Notes under the pieces: generated by a model
Seen by the model: the letters and a program-made list of their open reading frames with translations, nothing else
Database searches by the model: none
Told to the model about the DNA's origin: nothing
Translations under genes and position numbers: made by a program
DNA from: Patescibacteria group bacterium
GTDB taxonomy: Bacteria; Patescibacteriota; Patescibacteriia; JAQUQO01
Direction: 5' to 3'
NCBI GenBank assembly: GCA_028716045.1
Contig: JAQUQO010000001.1
Location: 862,343-926,342 of the forward strand
DNA: 64,000 nt
Shown here: positions 10,855-17,063 of the stretch, one piece after another
How positions within the stretch are numbered: position 1 is the stretch's first letter
Layout: each line of letters opens with the position of its first letter

Positions 10855-11256
10855 TTATTTAATGTTGTTAAATAACCAGAATAGGTTGTATAGACCAATG
10901 AACAGAATGATGATTATACTGCAGATTAGGCTAATAGCCAGACCGAGAATCAAGCCGAAAATCAGACCGAAAAACAGGCCGAGGAATAGACTGATGAGTA
11001 GGCCATCAACTAGGATGCTGGGGTCTTTCTTTATTACAAATATTATAGTATTTGTAAAAATGAGAGCAGAAAGGATATCCCACCAGCGCGATATAGGGAA
11101 AGGCAGTTGATAAACAGTCCCTTCGCCCAGAGATATTTGGGTTAACTCCGGCACTTCACCGGCAATAAAATACCATATGCCCCAAAAAAGGGCGAAGAAA
11201 GCAGCAGAAAGTATTGACCATCTGACCGTCAGCTTCTTTGTTCTGTTCCAATCCAT
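10855..11256 (-). CDS. hypothetical small membrane protein with repetitive GL/FG-rich C-terminus
   Basis: 133 aa, about 3 TM helices. C-terminal LFLGLFFGLIFGLILGLAISL encoded by periodic CAGACCGA/AATCAGGCCGA DNA repeats. Confidence 0.5.
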   Translation of the reverse strand: MDWNRTKKLTVRWSILSAAFFALFWGIWYFIAGEVPELTQISLGEGTVYQLPFPISRWWDILSALIFTNTIIFVIKKDPSILVDGLLISLFLGLFFGLIFGLILGLAISLICSIIIILFIGLYNLFWLFNNIK

Positions 11257-11363
11257 TTCTATTTCCTCCTATAAATTAAGATTATTTTATTGTCAAAGAC
11301 ATCTGGTTAAATTTAGCATAAGTATATTATTTTGTCAACCCCGCCTTGGACGGGGCTAAGAAT

Positions 11364-11407
11364 AAAAAAACCGTCCCGTCCCGAGTGCTCGGGACGGGAC
11401 GGTTTTT
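11364..11407. terminator. strong bidirectional intrinsic terminator (A7-CCGTCCCGTCCCGAG-TGC-CTCGGGACGGGACGG-T5)
   Basis: Perfect 15-bp stem flanked by A-run and T-run. Downstream of minus-strand rplS. Confidence 0.7.
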
Positions 11408-11415
11408 AGGTCATT

Positions 11416-11757
11416 TTATTTTAGAGGAGTTTCTTCCAGCTTTCTGACAAATCCCTTTTTCAAAAAGTTTAGTTTAGCTCGACGAACTTGCGCTTGTTTG
11501 ACTGGCTCAATTTTAACCAGCGTCGGCAAGTGGAGAGGAAAAATTTTTTCCACGCCAATCCCTTCGGAAATTTTTCTGACGGTGATGGTCCCGCCTTTTT
11601 CTTGGCCATGCTTTTTAGCGATTATCATTCCTTCAAAAATCTGGATGCGCTCTTTTTCTTCGCCCTTAGCGTTTAATTCTTTAATTTTTTGATGGACGCG
11701 CACGGTCATTCCCGGTTTTAATTCCGGCAATTTCATTTCGGTCTGTTGCTCGGTCAT
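11416..11757 (-). CDS. rplS: 50S ribosomal protein L19
   Basis: 113 aa. Typical L19 sequence and length. Confidence 0.9.
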   Translation of the reverse strand: MTEQQTEMKLPELKPGMTVRVHQKIKELNAKGEEKERIQIFEGMIIAKKHGQEKGGTITVRKISEGIGVEKIFPLHLPTLVKIEPVKQAQVRRAKLNFLKKGFVRKLEETPLK

Positions 11758-11829
11758 ATATGCTGATTATTATTTTTTAATACTTGTATTCGGTAGTTTA
11801 TTATAAGTATATAAATATGTCAAGATATA

Positions 11830-11855
11830 AAAACCCCGTTATTTAACGGGGTTTT
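11830..11855. terminator. intrinsic terminator AAAACCCCGTTA-TT-TAACGGGGTTTT
   Basis: Palindromic hairpin with flanking A-run and U-run. Downstream of minus-strand gene 11868-12293. Confidence 0.6.
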
Positions 11856-11867
11856 GGCGATTCTTCT

Positions 11868-12293
11868 TTAGGGCCTTCTTAATTGGGCCAATGTCTTTCT
11901 CATCTCCTCGGGAATAAAGGGGTGGTCAAACTCACAAATTTTCCATTCTTTGATTTCAAGACTTGGGAAATTATGAATTTTGTCGGGAGAAATGGCGCCG
12001 GGCGGGGTAAGGGAGTTCTCTAGGGATTTTGCTGACTTGAATAGTTTTTGAAATTCTTTCGGCGGTTTTTTATAAGAAGAGAAGGGTTTGATGTTATTTT
12101 CCAAATCCAAGAAAATTTCGGCGAGCAATACATGATAAATCATTTTTTGGGCTTCCGGCAAAGTTTTCCCTTGAGCCACCACATCGTATTCAAGGCACTG
12201 AGCGGAAAAAATGGTACTCCCGTCAGTAGTTTTGTTTTTAATAATCAAAATACTGACTACTATTTTTTGTATTTTTTGCTCTTTATTTTCCAT
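11868..12293 (-). CDS. hypothetical protein, possible HicB-like (RNase H-like fold) N-terminal domain
   Basis: 141 aa. FSAQCLEYDVVAQGKTLPEAQKMIYHVL resembles the HicB/UPF0150 pattern. No adjacent hicA-like ORF. Confidence 0.45.
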   Translation of the reverse strand: MENKEQKIQKIVVSILIIKNKTTDGSTIFSAQCLEYDVVAQGKTLPEAQKMIYHVLLAEIFLDLENNIKPFSSYKKPPKEFQKLFKSAKSLENSLTPPGAISPDKIHNFPSLEIKEWKICEFDHPFIPEEMRKTLAQLRRP

Positions 12294-12328
12294 CTTTTTA
12301 CCCTCCTTGGGTTGTAGTTGTAAATGAA

Positions 12329-12892
12329 CTATGGTTTGTTTAATTCTTTTCGTACTATTTTATATATTTTAGCAAATTTTTCTTCAGCTGACAAATTTGT
12401 GGAATCAATCACGTAATCGTAATGGCTTTTGTCGTAGGCGTCAAAACCATAGTATTGTTGGTAGCGTTTTTTGTCGCTGGCGATACGTTCTTGATTAAGC
12501 TGTAAAACATCCTCCACGCTTTTGGCGGTTTTGCCTTCATTGCGTTCCGCGTTTTGCCGGAGGTCCTGCCAGATTCTTTTCGCCCCTTCCATTTCTTCAA
12601 CATCAACAAAGATTTTTAGGGCCCGTGGTATGAAATAAAAACTCGTCCGCCCTTCAATGACAAAGTTATCCTGAGTTTCGCCGAGTTTTTTTTGCAACTC
12701 ATCCACTTCTTTATCGGTTGTCGGGTCGGTTTCTCCCAGTTTGTTATATTCTTCCAGAGTCAGCCCCCGTTTTTTAGCCGCTTCGCGCCTAAGCCCGCCC
12801 ATATAATAATGAGGCCAGCCGAGCTTTTTGGCCAATTGTTTAGCCACGGTGGATTTCCCCGAGCCGGGCATGCCGCCCAACACTATAATCAT
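12329..12892 (-). CDS. P-loop nucleotide kinase, cytidylate-kinase-like
   Basis: 187 aa. Walker A GGMPGSGKST at the N-terminus. Size and layout of the (d)CMP/adenylate kinase fold. Confidence 0.55.
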   Translation of the reverse strand: MIIVLGGMPGSGKSTVAKQLAKKLGWPHYYMGGLRREAAKKRGLTLEEYNKLGETDPTTDKEVDELQKKLGETQDNFVIEGRTSFYFIPRALKIFVDVEEMEGAKRIWQDLRQNAERNEGKTAKSVEDVLQLNQERIASDKKRYQQYYGFDAYDKSHYDYVIDSTNLSAEEKFAKIYKIVRKELNKP

Positions 12893-12896
12893 AAAA

Positions 12897-13826
12897 TTAT
12901 TTTAAAATTTTAAGGATATAATTTAATTCTTGGGGCAATGGGGACGAGAATTCTTTCCAGTCATTATTCAAATCACGCCAACCCAAAAGGGAAGCGTGCA
13001 AAAAAACTCTTCGGCAGGCGACCGTTTCTTTTAATTTTTTTGTTTTATAGAGTTTGTCGCCGACAATCGGATGACCGATGGCTTTCAAGTGGACTCTGAT
13101 TTGGTGAGTGCGTCCGGTTAGCAATTTTATTTTTAACAAGCTAAAATGGGTAAACTTTTTTATAATCTCATATTCAGTTAAGGCCTCTTTGCCCTCGACA
13201 TTTTTGGGCCTGGCTGCCATGAGCCCCCGGCCGGTTCTGGCAATGGGAAAATCAATTACTCCTTCGTTTTTGGGCGGGTGGCCATAAACCAAGGCCGTGT
13301 ACTCCTTTTTTATTGTTCTTTCCCGAAACTGTTTTTTGAGCGATTCAAATCCCGCTTCCGAGCGAGCAATAATTAACAAACCAGAAACGTCTTTATCTAT
13401 CCTATGGACGATTCCCGGCCGAGCGGGGTCAGCGCCGATTTTTGCTACTTCCGGATATTTTTTTATAACTTCATCAATGAGTGTGTTATTTTTATGAACA
13501 TTATCAGGATGAACAACCAGCCCCGCTGGCTTATCAACCACGATGAAATTTTTATCGGCGAACACCACGGGAATGTTTAAGTCACGGTTTTTTCCAATGT
13601 CAGAAGAGGACCTCTTCTCTTTATTTTTTATTTTTTTAACAGTAATAACGTCGCCATCTTTTAAAAAGGCATGGACTTTGGCCGGCCGGTTATTTACCAA
13701 AACCGTCTCTGATTTAATTATTTTTTGGATTTGCGCGCGCGATAAATCATTAAGTTTGGCGGTGAGCCATTTGTCCAGTCGTTCTCCGGAGGTAGTACTG
13801 TCAATTTTAAATTCCCGAATAGCCAT
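12897..13826 (-). CDS. rluD: RluA-family 23S rRNA pseudouridine synthase (RluD-like, N-terminal S4 domain)
   Basis: 309 aa. HRIDKDVSGLLIIAR catalytic motif. S4-like N-terminus. Confidence 0.75.
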   Translation of the reverse strand: MAIREFKIDSTTSGERLDKWLTAKLNDLSRAQIQKIIKSETVLVNNRPAKVHAFLKDGDVITVKKIKNKEKRSSSDIGKNRDLNIPVVFADKNFIVVDKPAGLVVHPDNVHKNNTLIDEVIKKYPEVAKIGADPARPGIVHRIDKDVSGLLIIARSEAGFESLKKQFRERTIKKEYTALVYGHPPKNEGVIDFPIARTGRGLMAARPKNVEGKEALTEYEIIKKFTHFSLLKIKLLTGRTHQIRVHLKAIGHPIVGDKLYKTKKLKETVACRRVFLHASLLGWRDLNNDWKEFSSPLPQELNYILKILK

Positions 13827-13828
13827 AA

Positions 13829-15334
13829 TTATTCCACTTCTTCGTATTTTTTAAAAAATGCTTCCTTGTTTTTCTTTTCGTATTCGCCTAGATTCGGCTC
13901 CAGCTTTTTTAAATCCTCGCCCGGCAGTTTATTTAATTCCCCGGCTCTCTGTTCCAGATATTTTTTAGTATTTTTTTTCTTGTCTTCCAGAACTTCTCCC
14001 AGCAGGGCTTTCAGCAGAAAACCAATACGCGGCCCCGGCGGCATTTTAAAAATTTTCATTAAATCATTACCGTCAATTTTAAGCATGGAAGTGGTAATGG
14101 CGTCCATTTGCACTTCCTGTATTTTTCGTTCCAACACCTGAAGTTTCCAGGGCTTGGCTTTGGGCCGACCCATGCCCAGCCGGTCGCAGATGCGCAGGCG
14201 GATAAGGTCATTGACATTGTCTTTGCCGACGCGCGCCAGCAGACGGCGCACTCCGGCATCGGTCACCTCGCCCAAACTGTAGTAAAACATATGATGGCGG
14301 ACGAGATGAGAAATTTTTTCGGTCAGTTCGTTGGAATAGCGCAGGCGGTATAATATTTTTTTGGCAATTTTCGCGCCCACCAAATCGTGATTGAAAAAAG
14401 TGCTGGTTTTTCCCAGGCCCCTTTTGGTCTGCGGTTTGGCGATGTCATGGAGCAGGGCGGCCAGGCGGATTTCCAAATCGTAATTTCTTTCCGCGGCAAA
14501 ACCAAGTGATTTAGTCAGATGCTCAAAGACGGTATAAATGTGGCTGCGGTTTTGAGTTAACCCCACCCCCGCAGTCAGTTCCGGAATAAAAATTTTTAAC
14601 AGATTTAATTTGTATAAAAGATTCAGGCCTTCTTCGGCTTTGGCCGACATGATTATTTTAGTGAATTCATCGCGAATTCTCTCGGCGCTGATTTTTGAAA
14701 GTCCTGCGGCGTTTTTCTTTATCGCTTCCCAAGTATTTTTTTCAATCAGAAACCCCAGCTGGCAGGCCAGGCGCACGGCCCGCAACATTCTGGTGTAATC
14801 CTCGGCGAATCTTTCTTCCGGCTTGCCGACAGTGCGGATGATTTTTTCTCCCAAATCTTTTTCTCCTTCAAAGGAGTCAATTAATTTCTCCGTTGTGAGT
14901 TGTGAGTTGTGAGTTGTGAGTTTAAGCGCCATGGCATTAACTGTAAAATCGCGACGGGATAAATCTTCCTCAATAGACAGTTTGAAATTTGATTGCACGT
15001 CAAAATCTTTATATTTACCGGTGCCCCATGATTCTTCCGTGCGGGGTAAGGCGATATCAAACGGTTCTTTGATTTTTTTGTTCTTTGGCAGAAATTTAAA
15101 AACTCCGAATGCTCCCCCGACTAAATCCACCCGCCCCTCTTCGGCTAAAAATTTTTCCAGTTGTTCGGGCGCAACATTTCTGACCACAAAATCGTAGTCA
15201 TAAGTGGTTCGTCCTAAAAGCAAATCGCGTACCGCCCCGCCCACTAAAAAAATTTCCGCTTGAGGAAAAGACCTAAGCAATTTTTTTATCCAAGAAAACT
15301 CGGTATTTTTTAAAATTTTTTCCAGATTCTTCAT
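13829..15334 (-). CDS. cca: CCA-adding tRNA nucleotidyltransferase / poly(A) polymerase family with HD domain
   Basis: 501 aa. GGAVRDLLLG...DYDF head-domain motif. HD motif (LLHDIAK). Contains the in-frame 7-bp tandem repeat listed below. Confidence 0.8.
   Translation of the reverse strand: MKNLEKILKNTEFSWIKKLLRSFPQAEIFLVGGAVRDLLLGRTTYDYDFVVRNVAPEQLEKFLAEEGRVDLVGGAFGVFKFLPKNKKIKEPFDIALPRTEESWGTGKYKDFDVQSNFKLSIEEDLSRRDFTVNAMALKLTTHNSQLTTEKLIDSFEGEKDLGEKIIRTVGKPEERFAEDYTRMLRAVRLACQLGFLIEKNTWEAIKKNAAGLSKISAERIRDEFTKIIMSAKAEEGLNLLYKLNLLKIFIPELTAGVGLTQNRSHIYTVFEHLTKSLGFAAERNYDLEIRLAALLHDIAKPQTKRGLGKTSTFFNHDLVGAKIAKKILYRLRYSNELTEKISHLVRHHMFYYSLGEVTDAGVRRLLARVGKDNVNDLIRLRICDRLGMGRPKAKPWKLQVLERKIQEVQMDAITTSMLKIDGNDLMKIFKMPPGPRIGFLLKALLGEVLEDKKKNTKKYLEQRAGELNKLPGEDLKKLEPNLGEYEKKNKEAFFKKYEEVE
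14892..14922. repeat. (GTTGTGA)x4.4 perfect 7-bp tandem repeat inside the cca coding sequence
   Basis: Read directly. On the coding strand it encodes LTTHNSQLTT. The unit length is not a multiple of 3. Confidence 0.9.
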
Positions 15335-15392
15335 GTTTATATTGTAGCATAAAGCGGGGGCTAGGGTAACAAAAGGCGCGGGGATAGTGGTA

Positions 15393-15421
15393 TTGACAAA
15401 ATTTAAGTGGTATGTTAAGAT
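15393..15421 (+). promoter_or_regulatory. sigma70-like promoter TTGACA-N17-TAAGAT
   Basis: Consensus -35, 17-nt spacer, TAAGAT -10. This -10 recurs in several promoters in the window. Confidence 0.5.
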
Positions 15422-15427
15422 GGTTTG

Positions 15428-15558
15428 TTGTTCATTTAAAATCGGGATAGTGGGCCATTCGTGGTTTTAAATCCACGGAAGTCCTTTCCATAAGTACAGG
15501 GTAAAATTTGTTTTACCGGTTTTTGTATTATTCACCTTAATTAAAGGAGAAAAACACA
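15428..15558 (+). promoter_or_regulatory. structured ~130-nt 5' leader with two hairpins; the second is terminator-like and followed by a U-run (possible attenuator)
   Basis: Hairpins CGTGG-N9-CCACG (15460-15478) and GGTAAAA-TTTG-TTTTACC (15500-15517) followed by GGTTTTTG. SD AAAGGAG lies 9 nt before the ATG. Confidence 0.35.
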
Positions 15559-16239
15559 ATGGCAGAAAAGGCAAAGAAAAATCCGTTTTTGGTCTGCTCG
15601 TCCGACGAGAAATGTTTTCTCGTTGAGATAGAGGGTACCGAACGTCTTCTGATGGACCAGATGACAGGAGAAGAGATTGTCGAGACATTGATTCGTCGCA
15701 AAAGGCAGCAAGCTAAGACGGACGTCTCCCTTGAAGATTTGGCATCCGAGTCAATTTACCGCGACGGAGAAAACAAAATTATTATCCCCGCGGTAAATCT
15801 GCTGTCTTGCCTCCGTGAGGCCGGCAAACAGATTCCTTGGGGAGCGACTTCAAGTAAAAAGAGAATCACCAAAGCCGACGGCACCACCATGCTTCACTCC
15901 TTTCTGAAAATCCCCGATGCCAACCTTATTCTTGAGCTTCCCGAAGAGGGAGTTAACAAGGAGGGCTGGGCTGTGGATGTGCGCAAGGGGAAGCTGAAAG
16001 ACGGCACAGCCGTAGGGATTGTCAGGCCCTTGTTTCGGGAATGGTCGTTTAAAGTCAAAATTTACATTGACTTTTATACCTCCGAAGTGACTCCCGAAAT
16101 GGTCGGCAAGCTTTTTTTCACGGCTGGCAAATCGGTCGGACTTTGTGCTTTCCGTCCGGCCTGCGGTGGTCCTTTTGGCACTTTCCACGTCAAAAGCTGG
16201 GAAGAGGTTAAGGCCCCTGCAGCTGAAGAAGCCGCGTAA
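15559..16239 (+). CDS. hypothetical protein, no family recognised; G+C-richer than its neighbours
   Basis: 226 aa. Own promoter and SD. Codon usage visibly richer in G/C-ending codons (CTC, GTC, GAC) than flanking genes. Gly/Cys-rich C-terminal segment GLCAFRPACGGPFGTF. Confidence 0.6.
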   Translation: MAEKAKKNPFLVCSSDEKCFLVEIEGTERLLMDQMTGEEIVETLIRRKRQQAKTDVSLEDLASESIYRDGENKIIIPAVNLLSCLREAGKQIPWGATSSKKRITKADGTTMLHSFLKIPDANLILELPEEGVNKEGWAVDVRKGKLKDGTAVGIVRPLFREWSFKVKIYIDFYTSEVTPEMVGKLFFTAGKSVGLCAFRPACGGPFGTFHVKSWEEVKAPAAEEAA

Positions 16240-16258
16240 AAAGTTGCGTAATGAATTT

Positions 16259-16286
16259 GGGATAGGGTTAAAATTTAACCCTATCC
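16259..16286 (+). other. perfect 13-bp stem-loop GGATAGGGTTAAA/TTTAACCCTATCC just after the stop codon; no U-run, so not a terminator
   Basis: Read directly in the 3' UTR of gene 15559-16239. Confidence 0.5.
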
Positions 16287-16374
16287 AACCGATTGTTATG
16301 GTTTTCGTTTATTCTCAGTGCGTTATTGTTCAGTAGACCAAAGCCTCGTAAGGTGGTGTAACCTACCGCAGCTC

Positions 16375-16412
16375 GGGGCAAGGTCCATTAAGACCTTGCC
16401 TTTTTCTTTTTT
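16375..16412 (+). terminator. intrinsic terminator, copy A of the locus-specific hairpin family (GGGGCAAGGTCCATTAAGACCTTGCC + U-run)
   Basis: Stem-loop plus TTTTTCTTTTTT. Ends the 3' UTR / sRNA-1 of gene 15559. Confidence 0.65.
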
Positions 16413-16436
16413 GCACCCCCCTTGTCATTTAATTTA

Positions 16437-16464
16437 TTTAAAGTTAACAGATTTTTTGTAATAT
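16437..16464 (+). promoter_or_regulatory. candidate promoter TTTAAA-N16-TAATAT (TG immediately upstream of the -10)
   Basis: Motif spacing read directly. Weaker -35 than the other promoters. Confidence 0.35.
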
Positions 16465-16470
16465 AGCTAT

Positions 16471-16630
16471 CTTTTGTGCCGCGTTTTTCACTTGTGCAGC
16501 GTGTTGTCTGGCGTAGCAATCCAGAGCTCAGCACACTTTACAGCCCTAAAGTTTCGTAGAGTAAAGTCTTGCCCCCCACCGTTCAGTTCGCCACAGGGCA
16601 GAGTCCATTGAGACCCTGCCTTTTTTATTT
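16471..16630 (+). ncRNA. putative small RNA unit 2 (~155 nt), ends in terminator copy B
   Basis: No ORF. Bounded by promoter and terminator. Shares the motifs GCGTAGC...CCAGAGC...AGCACA...CAGGGCAG with unit 3b. Confidence 0.4.
16594..16630 (+). terminator. intrinsic terminator, copy B (CAGGGCAGAGTCCATTGAGACCCTGCC + T6)
   Basis: Near-identical to copies C and D. Confidence 0.65.
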
Positions 16631-16688
16631 CCTTTAACTAAGCCCCTGACACGCCCCAATGCTTGGCATCGGGGCACTCCAAAAGTGC

Positions 16689-16717
16689 TTGACAAGTTTT
16701 ATGCTGTTTGTTAAGAT
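16689..16717 (+). promoter_or_regulatory. sigma70-like promoter TTGACA-N17-TAAGAT
   Basis: Consensus -35 and 17-nt spacer. Same -10 as the promoter of gene 15559. Confidence 0.55.
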
Positions 16718-16723
16718 TTTTTG

Positions 16724-16856
16724 TTGAGTAATAATATATAGTTATAAAATGCTTTGTGATCTGCTGTGTTGTTCACCCCGACTTTCTTGGGTTCAGTAAA
16801 GCATAGCGAATTAATGTAGAGCATAGGGCCTCGAATTTTCGGGGCCACTTTTTTTA
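16724..16856 (+). ncRNA. putative small RNA unit 3a (~130 nt) with its own distinct terminator
   Basis: Promoter upstream. Terminator GGCCTCGAA-TTT-TCGGGGCC + T7 at 16826-16856. Body motif AGCATAGCGAATTAATGTAGAGCATAGGGCC is related to units 2 and 3b. Confidence 0.4.
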
Positions 16857-16870
16857 AAACACCGTATTTA

Positions 16871-16899
16871 TTGACAAAAGATGATTTCCATGCTAATAT
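16871..16899 (+). promoter_or_regulatory. sigma70-like promoter TTGACA-N17-TAATAT
   Basis: Consensus spacing. Confidence 0.55.
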
Positions 16900-16905
16900 A
16901 TATTT

Positions 16906-17016
16906 TATATAAGAGTAGCGCTTAGTTTCATTTAGTTAGGCACTGCGTAGCGCATTAAATTTCAGAGCATTGTAGCACAGGGCAGGGTCCAGTGAGATTC
17001 TGCCATTTTTATTTTT
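16906..17016 (+). ncRNA. putative small RNA unit 3b (~105 nt), ends in terminator copy C
   Basis: GTAGCGC...GCGTAGCGCATTAAATTTCAGAGCATTGTAGCACAGGGCAGGGTCC is paralogous to unit 2. Confidence 0.4.
16978..17016 (+). terminator. intrinsic terminator, copy C (CAGGGCAGGGTCCAGTGAGATTCTGCC + U-run)
   Basis: Covarying stem changes relative to copies B and D preserve base pairing. Confidence 0.65.
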
Positions 17017-17020
17017 GCTA

Positions 17021-17049
17021 TTGACAAAAATCAGAGTTTATATTAGAAT
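17021..17049 (+). promoter_or_regulatory. sigma70-like promoter TTGACA-N17-TAGAAT for the helicase gene
   Basis: Consensus spacing. SD AAGGAAA precedes the ATG at 17103. Confidence 0.6.
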
Positions 17050-17063
17050 ATAAAGATTTTTGA

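Noticed and set aside
10811-11110. ORF 10811-11110 (+), 99 aa
   Set aside because: It is antisense to, and overlaps, the better-supported membrane-protein gene 10855-11256 (-). The product is low-complexity, derived from the same DNA repeats.
15559-16239. 226-aa protein considered as a Cas5/Cas6/Cas7-type RAMP next to the DinG-like helicase (type IV-like)
   Set aside because: The Gly-rich C-terminal segment does not fit the GhGxxxxxGhG RAMP loop, and no other RAMP motif is evident. The idea is kept only as a hypothesis to test by profile search.
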